Under the pieces are notes generated by a model. The model did no database searches and was not told where the DNA came from. It worked only from the letters and a program-made list of their open reading frames with translations. Made by a program: the position numbers and the translations under genes. Positions 30,671 through 39,588 of a stretch of DNA of 64,000 nucleotides are shown piece after piece. Each line of letters begins with the position of its first letter. Position 1 is the first letter of the stretch. Origin of the DNA: an uncultured Actinomyces sp. (GTDB lineage: Bacteria; Actinomycetota; Actinomycetes; S36-B12); assembly GCA_964537955.1 (NCBI GenBank), contig CAZICY010000002.1, forward strand, positions 13,904 through 77,903, in the 5' to 3' direction.

Positions 30671-32107
30671 CTAGGCGGGATCGATCTGCATGACCACGGC
30701 CTTCGGCTCGGTCATGAACTCGCGGCTGAAGTTGCCGCCCTCACGTCCCACTCCGGAGTCGCCAAAGCCACCGAAGGGCAGGCGCAGGTCGCGGATGAAG
30801 AAGCAGTTCACCCACACCGTGCCGGCATGGAGCTTCGCAGCCACGCGGTGGGCGCGGGAGAGGTTCTCCGTGAAGACCATGGCATTGAGGCCGTAGCGGG
30901 TGTCATTGGCGAGCGCGATGGCCTCCTCCTCCGTGTCGAAGGCAGTGGCCACGGTCACGGGTCCGAAGATCTCCTCCCTGACCACGCGCGCATCGGCCGG
31001 GGCATCGGTGATGATCGTCGGCTTCACGCTCCACCCCTCGCCGACACCGCCGGTGAGGAGGCGTCCGCCGCCGAGGGCCTCGGTGCCGAGGTAGCCCTGG
31101 ACCTTGGTGAAGTGCTCCTGGCTCGCCAGGGCCGCGGAAAACTGGGTCGCCGGATCCTTGGGGTCGCCCATGACCAGGGCTTCGGCGGCGGCCTTGTAGC
31201 GGACGAGGAAGTCCTCGTAGATCCCGCGCTGGACGTAGAGGCGGCTGCCGGCGAGGCACACCTGGCCGGCATTGCGGAAGATCGCCTCCACTGCCCAGTG
31301 CACCGCGTTGTCGATGTCCGCGTCCTCGAAGACGATGTTGGCGCCCTTGCCGCCGAGCTCCAGGCTCACGGGGGTGAGGTGGCGCGCGGCGACGGCGCTG
31401 ATGATCTTGCCGGTGCCGGACTCGCCCGTGAAGGTGATGCGCTTGACGTCAGGATTCTCCGTCAGAGCCGAGCCGGCGGAGTCGGGGCCGTATCCGTGCA
31501 CGATGTTGAGCACGCCCGGCGGGAAGCCTGCCTCGATGGCGAGGCGGCCCATGATGGTTGCCGACGCAGGGGTGTCCTCGGCAGGCTTCCAGACCACCGT
31601 GTTGCCCCAGGCCAGCGCGGGCATCACCTTCCAGGTGCCGAGCATGAGAGGGAAGTTCCACGGAGAGATGGCAGCGACGACACCGACGGGCTCCCAGCGG
31701 GTGTAGGCGTGGTGACCCGTGTCCATGGGGAGGGTCTCGGCCGTTGACATGCGCGCGTGGTCGGCGAAGAAGCGGACGTTGAGGACCGAGCGGGCGACGT
31801 CGTGCCGGGACTGCGTGATGGGCTTGCCCATGTCGCGGGTGTCGGCCATGGCCAGTTCGTCGGCGTGCTCCTCCATGAGGTCGGCGAGCCGGTGCATGAG
31901 CTGCTGGCGCTTCTCGTATCCCATGCGCGGCCAGGGGCCAGAGTCGAAGGCGGCCTTGGCTGCGGCGACGGCGCGGTCGGCATCCGCCTTGCCGCCGCAG
32001 GCGATCGTGGCCCACGGCTCGCGGGTGAAGGGATCGATGTCCGGCATCGTCGCGCCGTCGAGGGAGGGGACTTCCTCGTTGTCGATGATGTGGCCGAAGA
32101 ACTCCAT
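30671..32107 (-). CDS. Aldehyde dehydrogenase (2-hydroxymuconate-semialdehyde dehydrogenase-like)
   Basis: SPWNFP, FTGES.TG, LELGGK, GQVCLAGSR, EEIFGP, WVNCFFIRDLR.PFGG. Confidence 0.9.
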   Translation of the reverse strand: MEFFGHIIDNEEVPSLDGATMPDIDPFTREPWATIACGGKADADRAVAAAKAAFDSGPWPRMGYEKRQQLMHRLADLMEEHADELAMADTRDMGKPITQSRHDVARSVLNVRFFADHARMSTAETLPMDTGHHAYTRWEPVGVVAAISPWNFPLMLGTWKVMPALAWGNTVVWKPAEDTPASATIMGRLAIEAGFPPGVLNIVHGYGPDSAGSALTENPDVKRITFTGESGTGKIISAVAARHLTPVSLELGGKGANIVFEDADIDNAVHWAVEAIFRNAGQVCLAGSRLYVQRGIYEDFLVRYKAAAEALVMGDPKDPATQFSAALASQEHFTKVQGYLGTEALGGGRLLTGGVGEGWSVKPTIITDAPADARVVREEIFGPVTVATAFDTEEEAIALANDTRYGLNAMVFTENLSRAHRVAAKLHAGTVWVNCFFIRDLRLPFGGFGDSGVGREGGNFSREFMTEPKAVVMQIDPA

Positions 32108-32221
32108 GGCGCGCCCTCCCGTGAGTGATCGGGAGCATGCTCCCACGGTGGGGACGACGGGACCCACGAGCCCGTCCCGACTGGGGGAACGAGGGCCCGT
32201 GGGTCCGGTGGAGCGCAGCCC

Positions 32222-32935
32222 CTAGGCCTGGGGGAGGGCCGTCTCGAGCGCCGTGCGCGCGGTGTCGACCGAAGCCCGGAAGGCGTCGGCGGCGGAGCGA
32301 AGCGCTGTGCGCTGCGCCTCGCGGGCCGGCTCGATCGCGTCACGGTACGCCGACCACGCGGCACGGCGCTCCTCGCGCGTCGTCGCGGAGGTCATGGCCG
32401 CCTTCAGGGCCGTCTGGGCATCGGCCGTGGTGGCCTTGAAGGCTGAGTGAGCGGCCGCGACAGCGGTGCGCAACGTGTCGGTCGCCGTCGCCATCGCTGC
32501 GCGGTACGCCGTCACGGGGGCGAGCTGGTCGGCGGGCAGGGTGGCCGTGTCGTAGGCGAGCAGGGCGGCCGCCACCTGCGCTCGGTGCGCGGCCCGTGCC
32601 GCGTCGCGGGCGGCCTCGTCCGCGGCTGCGTCGATCGAGTCACGCAGGGTGTCGCGCGCGGAGTCGAGCGCCTCCCGGAGTGCGGCCTGGTCCTCGTCGC
32701 TCGCCGTCCGGTCCACGCGGCTCTCGAGCCACCGGTCCTTGACCTGCCCGTGGCCCAGTGGAGCACCCGGCCCGTGGCCCTGCTGGTGCCCGGCGCCCGG
32801 TCCTGCGCCGTGGCCCGGCCCGAAGCCGGGCGCCCGGCCCTCGCGAGCATGTGCCGCGGTGGCGCCTGCAGCGACAGCTCCCGTGCCGATGAGCAGGATG
32901 GCGGCGGTGGTGGCGATCGTGCGTCGAGTGGTCAT
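32222..32935 (-). CDS. Secreted Ala-rich helical protein
   Basis: GGGAG RBS; signal peptide ending AHA; Gly/Pro/His linker; repetitive amphipathic helices. Confidence 0.7.
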   Translation of the reverse strand: MTTRRTIATTAAILLIGTGAVAAGATAAHAREGRAPGFGPGHGAGPGAGHQQGHGPGAPLGHGQVKDRWLESRVDRTASDEDQAALREALDSARDTLRDSIDAAADEAARDAARAAHRAQVAAALLAYDTATLPADQLAPVTAYRAAMATATDTLRTAVAAAHSAFKATTADAQTALKAAMTSATTREERRAAWSAYRDAIEPAREAQRTALRSAADAFRASVDTARTALETALPQA

Positions 32936-33040
32936 GGCGACTCCCGAGTCCCGGACGCGTGGTTCGCGTCGCTGCTGCCACGCTCGCACGCGACCTGCGC
33001 CAGACGCGCGATCACGGGGCGCTTCCCAGGGGGTCCTCAC

Positions 33041-33093
33041 ACAATCCTGACAATCCCCGGCATTCCCCGGGCATTCCCCGGGTATTTCCCGAG
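33041..33093. repeat. Degenerate 9-11 bp direct-repeat array, (c/t)a(a/t)t(c/t)cccgg-like
   Basis: acaatcctga caatccccgg cattccccggg cattccccggg tatttcccgag in the intergenic region upstream of 32935(-). Confidence 0.65.
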
Positions 33094-33122
33094 GGATCCG
33101 GTCGTGTCCGGGGCTGAGGTGA

Positions 33123-34226
33123 TCACGCCAGCAGGCGTGAGATCTCGATGGGAGCGGGTGTGGGTGCCTGCGCATAGGTGCAGGACTGCGGTGTCCGATC
33201 AGGACGCCATCGCGCCCAGGTGGCGACGTGACGGAGCCGATCGCCCTCGAACTGGTCGTAGGCCACCTCGGCCACGAGGACGGGCGCGAGCGGGTGCCAG
33301 GACTGGTCGCGTCCGCGATTCCATCGGTTGATGCCACCGGGTCGTCGCACGCGCCCGTCGGCGGCCGTCGACCATGGGTGCCCCGCGTCGTCGACGAGGG
33401 CGTAGGGCGCGATGTGATCGGTGATCTCGCGACGTTGTGCAGCGGACATCCCCGAGGCTGCCCCGACGTGATGCAGCAGCCCGTGCGCGTCGTAGAGGCC
33501 GAGCAGCAGGGAGCCGACCTGGCTCGGGTCCTTCGCGTGACCTCGCCAGCCGGCGACCACCGCGTCGAGGGTGCGCCGATGCTTGATCTTGAGCAGTGTG
33601 CGCTTGCCGTGGGCGTACGCCGAATCGACGGGCTTGGCGATGAGGCCGTCGAGGCCACCGCCCTCGAACTCGTGGAACCAGCGCGCGGCGACCGCGTGAT
33701 CCCGCGTCATCGGCGTGACTGTCAGGGCATCGCACGTGCGTCCCAGGTCATCGAGCTGTGCGCGGCGGGACAGGTAGGCCTGGTCCATCAGCGAGTGGGT
33801 GCCGAGGGCGAGCAGGTCGAAGGCCACGTAGGTCGCGGGGACCTCGCGGGCGAGCCGGCTGACGGTGGCGGAGTCGCTCCGCGGCCTCAGCCGGCTGCCC
33901 AGCGCGGTGAAGTCCAACGCGCCGTCCTGGATGACGACCGCCTCGCCGTCGAGCACGACGCGGTCGGGGAGGGCTTCGAGGAGTGACGCCGTGAGATCGG
34001 GGAAGGCGTAGGACAGGTCGTCTCCGCCCCTGCCCTGCAGGAGGATGCGGTCACCGCAGCGGAAGGCGAGCATCCGGTAGCCATCCCACTTCGGCTCGAA
34101 CGCCAGGTCGGTGCGATCGGGAATCGCGTCCCCCGCGGGGGAGGCGAGCATCGGGCTCACGGGGGGCACCACCGGGAGGTCCCAGTCGCTCCCGTCGACG
34201 GCGCTTGCGCGCGGACCCCGTGCCAT
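33123..34226 (-). CDS. ligC: ATP-dependent DNA ligase LigC
   Basis: PPVSPMLA, EPKWDGYR adenylation motif, DGE, AFDLL, GLDGLIAK, GSLLLGLY, RWRPD. Confidence 0.9.
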   Translation of the reverse strand: MARGPRASAVDGSDWDLPVVPPVSPMLASPAGDAIPDRTDLAFEPKWDGYRMLAFRCGDRILLQGRGGDDLSYAFPDLTASLLEALPDRVVLDGEAVVIQDGALDFTALGSRLRPRSDSATVSRLAREVPATYVAFDLLALGTHSLMDQAYLSRRAQLDDLGRTCDALTVTPMTRDHAVAARWFHEFEGGGLDGLIAKPVDSAYAHGKRTLLKIKHRRTLDAVVAGWRGHAKDPSQVGSLLLGLYDAHGLLHHVGAASGMSAAQRREITDHIAPYALVDDAGHPWSTAADGRVRRPGGINRWNRGRDQSWHPLAPVLVAEVAYDQFEGDRLRHVATWARWRPDRTPQSCTYAQAPTPAPIEISRLLA

Positions 34227-34271
34227 GCAGCGATGGTGGCATGGGGCGCGCGTGCGCGTAGCATCCGGCAC

Positions 34272-35312
34272 GTGCCCGGACGCCTCGTCGATCGAGACCC
34301 TCACGTCTCGCCGGAGCGCCTCCTCACCGACCTGGTGCCTCCGCCTCACTTCGCGCAGGTGCGCTTCAGCACCTACGCGCCGGCTCCCGATCAGCCGAGC
34401 CAGACCGCCGCCGTGGCGGCCCTCGAGGCCTTCGCCGCACGGCTGGGCGAGCGCCCTGGGCGCAGGTGGCGAAGGCGTGCCGCACCGCCCGAGGAGCGCG
34501 CCGGCGTCTACCTCGACGGGGGCTTCGGGGTCGGCAAGACACACCTGCTCGCCTCGCTCTGGCACGTCGCCCCAGAACCGCGGGCCTACGGCACCTTCGT
34601 GGAGTACACCAACCTCGTCGGCGCCCTGGGATTCGCCGAGGCGGTGGCGCGGTTGTCGGCGTACCGGCTGGTCTGCATCGATGAGTTCGAGCTCGACGAT
34701 CCCGGCGACACCGTGCTCATGTCGACGCTGCTCGGGACTCTCGTGGACGCCGGCGTGCGGCTCGCGGCGACGTCCAACACCCTGCCCGAGCGCCTGGGAG
34801 AGGAGCGCTTCGCCGCAGAGGACTTCCTCCGCGAGATCCAGGGTCTGTCCTCCCACTTCGACGTGGTGCGCATCGACGGTGAGGACTACCGCCACCGCGG
34901 CGCGCCCCTCGCCCCTGCGCCATCCGACGACGACGCCGTGGTCGCGGCCGCGGAGGCGATGCCCGGCGCGACGCTCGATGACTGGCGCGAGCTTCAGCGA
35001 CACCTCGGCCGGGTCCATCCCTCGCGCTATTCGGCGCTCCTCGATGGCGTGAGCGGGGTGCACCTCACGCAGGTGCGCACTCTCACCGACCAGGTCGAGG
35101 CGCTGCGCACGGTCGTGCTCGTCGACCGTCTCTACGACCGCGACATCCCTGTCCGCGCGTCAGGCGTGCCGCTGGATCGCCTGTTCTCCGAGGAGATGCT
35201 CCAGGGCGGATACCGCAAGAAGTACCGCCGGGCCCTCTCTCGGATCATCGCCCTGGCTCGCGCGGGCGACACGCGCGAAGATAGGGCGAGCGGACCCTTC
35301 GTCATGCCATAG
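34272..35312 (+). CDS. zapE: ZapE/AFG1-family ATPase
   Basis: YLDGGFGVGKTHL, CIDEFELDDPGD, ATSN, DRLYD. Confidence 0.88.
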   Translation: MPGRLVDRDPHVSPERLLTDLVPPPHFAQVRFSTYAPAPDQPSQTAAVAALEAFAARLGERPGRRWRRRAAPPEERAGVYLDGGFGVGKTHLLASLWHVAPEPRAYGTFVEYTNLVGALGFAEAVARLSAYRLVCIDEFELDDPGDTVLMSTLLGTLVDAGVRLAATSNTLPERLGEERFAAEDFLREIQGLSSHFDVVRIDGEDYRHRGAPLAPAPSDDDAVVAAAEAMPGATLDDWRELQRHLGRVHPSRYSALLDGVSGVHLTQVRTLTDQVEALRTVVLVDRLYDRDIPVRASGVPLDRLFSEEMLQGGYRKKYRRALSRIIALARAGDTREDRASGPFVMP

Positions 35313-35319
35313 TCCCGGC

Positions 35320-35586
35320 ATGGAAATGACCGGATTCTTCAGCGTCCTGGGCGTGGGCATCGTCATCGGCGTCATCGCCCGGATCCTCGTGCCCAGCATG
35401 CAGCCCATCGGGTGCCTCATGACGATCATCTGCGGCATCGTGGGCGCCGCCATCGGGACGTGGATCGGAGTGCAGTTCTTCGACCAGGTGTGGGGCTTCA
35501 GCTGGCTCACGCTCATCCTGCAGATCCTGGTCGCCACGATCCTGGTCGCGATCGTCGCTGCACTCTTCCGCAAAAGCTCGGCCTAG
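35320..35586 (+). CDS. GlsB/YeaQ/YmgE-family small membrane protein
   Basis: GIVIGVIAR..VP, TII.GIVGA.IG. Confidence 0.8.
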   Translation: MEMTGFFSVLGVGIVIGVIARILVPSMQPIGCLMTIICGIVGAAIGTWIGVQFFDQVWGFSWLTLILQILVATILVAIVAALFRKSSA

Positions 35587-35588
35587 CC

Positions 35589-36428
35589 ATGGGTGCGTGG
35601 AGCAACAGCAGGGAGCTCACCCGGCAGTCGTGGGCGGTGCTGAAGGACAACCGCTACCTCATGGCGTATCCCGTCGTGGGGATCGCCTTCGGGATCGTCC
35701 CCTTCGCGGTGGTGTTCGCCGGCGTGCTCGCGCTTGCGGCCAACCTCAATTGGGTCGGCTGGGGCCTGGTCGTCCTGGGCGTCTACCTGCTTGCGCTCGT
35801 CGGCACCTGGATCCAGGCGGGGCTCACGGTGAGCGCGGCAGCCGAGCTGGAGGGAGGGCATTCCTCCCTCGGGCATGGGCTCTCCACGGCCATGGGCAGG
35901 TTCGGGCGCCTGGCGCGGTGGGCCTTCGTGAGCGCCGTGGTGGGCGCCATCCTCGGGGCCGTGCGCGGCAACGACAGTGGCGGCATCGCCTCCGTGATCT
36001 TCCGCAATGTGCTCGCAGCCACCGCCGGTGTCATGTGGCAGCTCATCACGTTCTTCGTGATGCCGGCCATGATGCTCGACGATCTCGGCATGATCGACGC
36101 GATCAAGAAGTCGGCCTCCACCTTCAAGCAGCGGTGGGGGACGCAGATGTCGGGCGGAGTGCGCATCGGCGGCCTGATCGGTCTCATCGTCATCCTGCCC
36201 GCCACTCTCGTGCTGGCCGGCGGCGTCGTTCTCACGGTGGTCGGCTACGTGGCGCCGGGTATCGCGCTCGCCGTCGTGGGCCTGCTCGCGCTGCTCGTCG
36301 GCGGGCTCATCCTCAGCGCCATCCGGGGGGTGTTCTCGGTCGTGCTCTACCGCTACGCGACCCAGGGGGTGCTCGAGGGGGGCTTCACCGAGCAGCAGCT
36401 GGCCGGGGCGGTCAAGGTCAAGGCGTAG
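35589..36428 (+). CDS. Multi-pass membrane protein (DUF6159-like)
   Basis: L..QSW.VL, W...TFFV.P, AIK.S..FK..WG, LYRYA. Confidence 0.7.
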   Translation: MGAWSNSRELTRQSWAVLKDNRYLMAYPVVGIAFGIVPFAVVFAGVLALAANLNWVGWGLVVLGVYLLALVGTWIQAGLTVSAAAELEGGHSSLGHGLSTAMGRFGRLARWAFVSAVVGAILGAVRGNDSGGIASVIFRNVLAATAGVMWQLITFFVMPAMMLDDLGMIDAIKKSASTFKQRWGTQMSGGVRIGGLIGLIVILPATLVLAGGVVLTVVGYVAPGIALAVVGLLALLVGGLILSAIRGVFSVVLYRYATQGVLEGGFTEQQLAGAVKVKA

Positions 36429-36804
36429 GCCAGGCGAGGCCTGCGGACGCGACCGCCGACGGCAGGGCGCGCGCCAGCCCCGAGACGTCCCTGGCTCGCG
36501 CGAGGTCGTCGCTGCCGAGCAGCATGACCACCTGCCCGTCGTCGCATTGGGCCACCACGCAAGCCTCGCGCCCGGCCGTCGCAGCCGTGACCTCGGGCGT
36601 GCGCTCGTTGCGGTGCACGACGTCGAAGGGCACGGGGAGGGTGGCGACGTAGGCGTCCCACTCCCGACGGCGTCGGACGGGGGAGTGGGTGATGTCGCAG
36701 AGCGTGCAGTGGCGGCCGGCCATCTTGCCGGCGATGTAGGCGATCTCCCCGCGCAGGCCGCCGTCGGCGTCGTAGACGCCGATGAGTCGTCGGACCTCCT
36801 GCAT
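36418..36804 (-). CDS. Hypothetical protein with CxxC (thioredoxin/DCC-like)
   Basis: GGAGG RBS; VYDADGG...HCTLCDITH. Confidence 0.65.
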   Translation of the reverse strand: MQEVRRLIGVYDADGGLRGEIAYIAGKMAGRHCTLCDITHSPVRRRREWDAYVATLPVPFDVVHRNERTPEVTAATAGREACVVAQCDDGQVVMLLGSDDLARARDVSGLARALPSAVASAGLAWPTP

Positions 36805-36873
36805 GCCTCCATGGTGGTGGAACGCAAGGGAATCCGCGACCGGGATTGCCGTGGTGCCGCGAGGTGGAGGCGG

Positions 36874-37263
36874 CTAGAGGCCCAGGGCCGCGGCTCGCTC
36901 GAGCTTTGCCTGTGTCAGCAGGGCGCGCAGGTCCGGTTCCTTCGGTCCCGCGGCTCGAACCTTGACGTGCCGAATTCGGGCACCTGTCCCTTCCAGGATC
37001 CCTTGCTCGTCATCAAGTGCGTCGGCGTGAAAGAAGCCGAGGTTCACCCAGGCGCGCTGGGGGGCGATGTATGCGTAGGACTCGCTCATCTTCTTCTCGC
37101 CCCAGCCATAGGCGGCGACGCCTTCACCCACCCGAGGAACTTCGACAACGTCGGGATGGATCTCCGCGATGAGGCCCCTCATGCGCCGGGCCAGAGCCGC
37201 GATGTCATCGGGACGACTGCTGACGATCTCGTCAAACGTCCCCAGGCGGGTTATCGAGATCAC
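36874..37263 (-). CDS. DUF1801-domain protein
   Basis: AAGGAG RBS before GTG 37263; WVNLGF, LEGTG..IRHVK. Confidence 0.8.
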   Translation of the reverse strand: MISITRLGTFDEIVSSRPDDIAALARRMRGLIAEIHPDVVEVPRVGEGVAAYGWGEKKMSESYAYIAPQRAWVNLGFFHADALDDEQGILEGTGARIRHVKVRAAGPKEPDLRALLTQAKLERAAALGL

Positions 37264-37310
37264 GCTTGACTCCTTGTGCTCGACGATGGCAGGACGAGCC
37301 ATAGCGGAGA

Positions 37311-37386
37311 TGGTGGGCGATACAGGATTTGAACCTGTGACCTCTTCCGTGTCAAGGAAGCGCGCTAGCCCCTGCGCCAATCGCCC
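37311..37386 (-). tRNA. tRNA-Val(GAC), CCA encoded
   Basis: GGGCGAT...ATCGCCCACCA; CTTCC-TTGACAC-GGAAG anticodon arm. Confidence 0.95.
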
Positions 37387-37412
37387 GTGCGGGTGGTGCC
37401 CTTGCCTGTCTG

Positions 37413-37446
37413 CAACTGCCGGTGGTGCTCAACTGCTGGTGGTGCT
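37413..37446. repeat. 17-bp tandem duplication in tRNA spacer
   Basis: CAACTGCCGGTGGTGCT followed by CAACTGCTGGTGGTGCT. Confidence 0.75.
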
Positions 37447-37449
37447 GCG

Positions 37450-37520
37450 AGGTGGAGACGGGATTTGAACCCGTGTAGAGGGATTTGCAGTCCCTTGCCT
37501 CGCCTCTCGGCCACTCCACC
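37450..37520 (-). tRNA. tRNA-Cys(GCA)
   Basis: GGTGGAG/CTCCACC acceptor stem; AGGGA-CTGCAAA-TCCCT anticodon arm. Confidence 0.95.
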
Positions 37521-37542
37521 GAAAGGTCTCGTGGACCCTTCG

Positions 37543-37615
37543 AGCGGACGACGGGACTCGAACCCGCGACCCTCACCTTGGCAAGGTGATGCGCTACCAA
37601 CTGCGCTACGTCCGC
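37543..37615 (-). tRNA. tRNA-Gly(GCC)
   Basis: GCGGACG/CGTCCGC acceptor stem; TCACC-TTGCCAA-GGTGA anticodon arm. Confidence 0.95.
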
Positions 37616-37707
37616 GCGGACGGCGCCCGGGGGCGCCGCCAGGGAGACGACGATAGCCGACACGCCGAGTGAGCCTCAACGCGCCCCCGAGGCGACAGGA
37701 TGGGCAC

Positions 37708-38739
37708 GTGACGTCTGCCGGCCCCGAGCCGGTCGCCCATCTGGGCGGCCTCATCGCCCGCAACCTCGTCGAGGTGAGCGCGGATCCGCGCGTCCTGGAC
37801 CGAGGGGGCCGATGGGCCGTCGCTGTCCCCTACGACGGCATACCCGTCTTCGCGCGCTTCGCGGACTGGCAGCCGGGCCCACCCGAGGCGGTGGCCGGTG
37901 CGTGGCGCGGACCGACGGCCTGGGCGACGTCGCTGGACCGCGACGGCTACGTGGCGGCGGTCGAGCGCATCCGCTCGCGCATCGCCGCGGGCGAGGTCTA
38001 CCAGGCCAACGTCTGCAGGGTCCTCCGGGCGGAGGTGCCCGATCCTGGACGCGCGGACGTGGGCGGACTGCACGCGCTGCTGTGCCAGGGAAACCCCGCG
38101 CCGCACGCGGCCATGATCCGCATCCCCGGGGTGATCGAGATCGCCAGCGCATCCCCCGAGCTCTTCCTGGCGCGCACGGGCGACGTGCTCGAGACCGGAC
38201 CCATCAAGGGGACGGGGCGGACCTCCAGCGACCTGCTGCCCAAGGATCGCGCCGAGAACGTCATGATCGTGGATCTCATGCGCAACGACCTGTCCCGCGT
38301 CTGCCGCACCGGCAGCGTCACCGTGCCCGCGCTCCTCGCCGAGGAAGCGCACCCCGGCCTGGTGCACCTGGTGAGCAGGGTCCGCGGACGGCTCGAGCCC
38401 GACGCGCGCTGGACCGACGTCCTCGAGGCCACCTTCCCTCCGGGGTCGGTCACGGGCGCGCCCAAGGTCGCCGCGATGGCCTGCATCGACGAGGTGGAAT
38501 CGGCTCCGCGCGAGGTCTACTGCGGTGCCGTCGGCTGGGTCGACGCCGACGACGCCACCGCGAGCCTCGGCGTCGCCATCCGCACCTTCTGGGTCCGGGA
38601 CGGGGAGGTCCGCTTCGGCACGGGCGCCGGGATCACCTGGTCCTCCGATCCCGAGGGCGAATGGCGCGAGACTGAGCTCAAGGCCGAGCGGCTCATCGCG
38701 CTCGCCGGCCGGTCATGGGAAGGGAGCGTGACGCCGTGA
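37708..38739 (+). CDS. Chorismate-binding enzyme (PabB/TrpE family)
   Basis: GEVYQAN, SASPELFL, PIKGT, KDRAENVMIVDLMRNDL, FPPGSVTGAPK; start uncertain (37669 or 37708). Confidence 0.88.
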   Translation: MTSAGPEPVAHLGGLIARNLVEVSADPRVLDRGGRWAVAVPYDGIPVFARFADWQPGPPEAVAGAWRGPTAWATSLDRDGYVAAVERIRSRIAAGEVYQANVCRVLRAEVPDPGRADVGGLHALLCQGNPAPHAAMIRIPGVIEIASASPELFLARTGDVLETGPIKGTGRTSSDLLPKDRAENVMIVDLMRNDLSRVCRTGSVTVPALLAEEAHPGLVHLVSRVRGRLEPDARWTDVLEATFPPGSVTGAPKVAAMACIDEVESAPREVYCGAVGWVDADDATASLGVAIRTFWVRDGEVRFGTGAGITWSSDPEGEWRETELKAERLIALAGRSWEGSVTP

Positions 38740-39569
38740 GGTTCTGGCTGTCGCACGCAGGCGGCCTGGTCGACGCGAGCGAGGCCAGGGTGTCCGTGCT
38801 CGACCACGGCTTCACCGTCGCAGACGGAGTCTTCGAGACGCTGAAGGTGGCCGACGGGGCAGCCTTCGCGCTCAGCCGCCACGTGGACCGGCTCATGCGC
38901 AGCGCAGGAGCGATGGGGCTGCCCGCGCCCGATCGCGCACAGGTGGTGAGCGCCGTACGCGAGACAGTCGAGGCCAATGCCCCACTGCTCGGAGCGCTCG
39001 GACGGCTCAGGATCACCTACACCGCGGGGGACGCCCCGCTCGGCAGCGATCGCGGCGAAGCAGGTCCCACGCTCGTCGTCGCAGTGTCGGCGATGCATCC
39101 CTGGCCGGAGTCCGCCGCCGTCATCACCGTCCCGTGGCCCCGCAATGAGCGAAGCCCCCTTGCCGGCGTGAAGTCGACGTCGTACGCCGAGAACGTGCTG
39201 GCGCTGGCGCGCGCGCACGATCACGGTGCGGGCGAGGCGCTCCTTCCCGACACGCAGGGCCGCTTGTGCGAGGGGACGGGCAGCAACGTCTTCCTCGTGC
39301 TCGACGGCCGTCTCCTCACCCCTTCGCTCGCGACGGGATGCCTGCCGGGCATCACGCGCGAGCTGGTCCTGGAGTGGTCGGATGCGGTCGAGGACGACGT
39401 GCCGCTCGCAGCCCTGGAGGCCGCGGAGGAGGTCTTCATCACCTCCTCGACGCGGGACGTGCAGCCCGTGCACCGCGTCGACTCCCGCAGCCTCGCGGCG
39501 CCGGGACCGGTCACTGCCGAGGTGCGCGACGAGTTCCGGCGGCGCTCTCGCGCTGACGTCGACCCCTGA
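38736..39569 (+). CDS. Class IV aminotransferase / 4-amino-4-deoxychorismate lyase
   Basis: DHGF.VADGVFET, VKSTSY, EGTGSNVF, LPGITR. Confidence 0.88.
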   Translation: MRFWLSHAGGLVDASEARVSVLDHGFTVADGVFETLKVADGAAFALSRHVDRLMRSAGAMGLPAPDRAQVVSAVRETVEANAPLLGALGRLRITYTAGDAPLGSDRGEAGPTLVVAVSAMHPWPESAAVITVPWPRNERSPLAGVKSTSYAENVLALARAHDHGAGEALLPDTQGRLCEGTGSNVFLVLDGRLLTPSLATGCLPGITRELVLEWSDAVEDDVPLAALEAAEEVFITSSTRDVQPVHRVDSRSLAAPGPVTAEVRDEFRRRSRADVDP

Positions 39570-39588
39570 TCGGGGCTACCGTTGCGGG

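Noticed and set aside
33041-33093. Possible CRISPR array
   Set aside because: Units are only 9-11 bp with no unique spacers and no cas genes in the window
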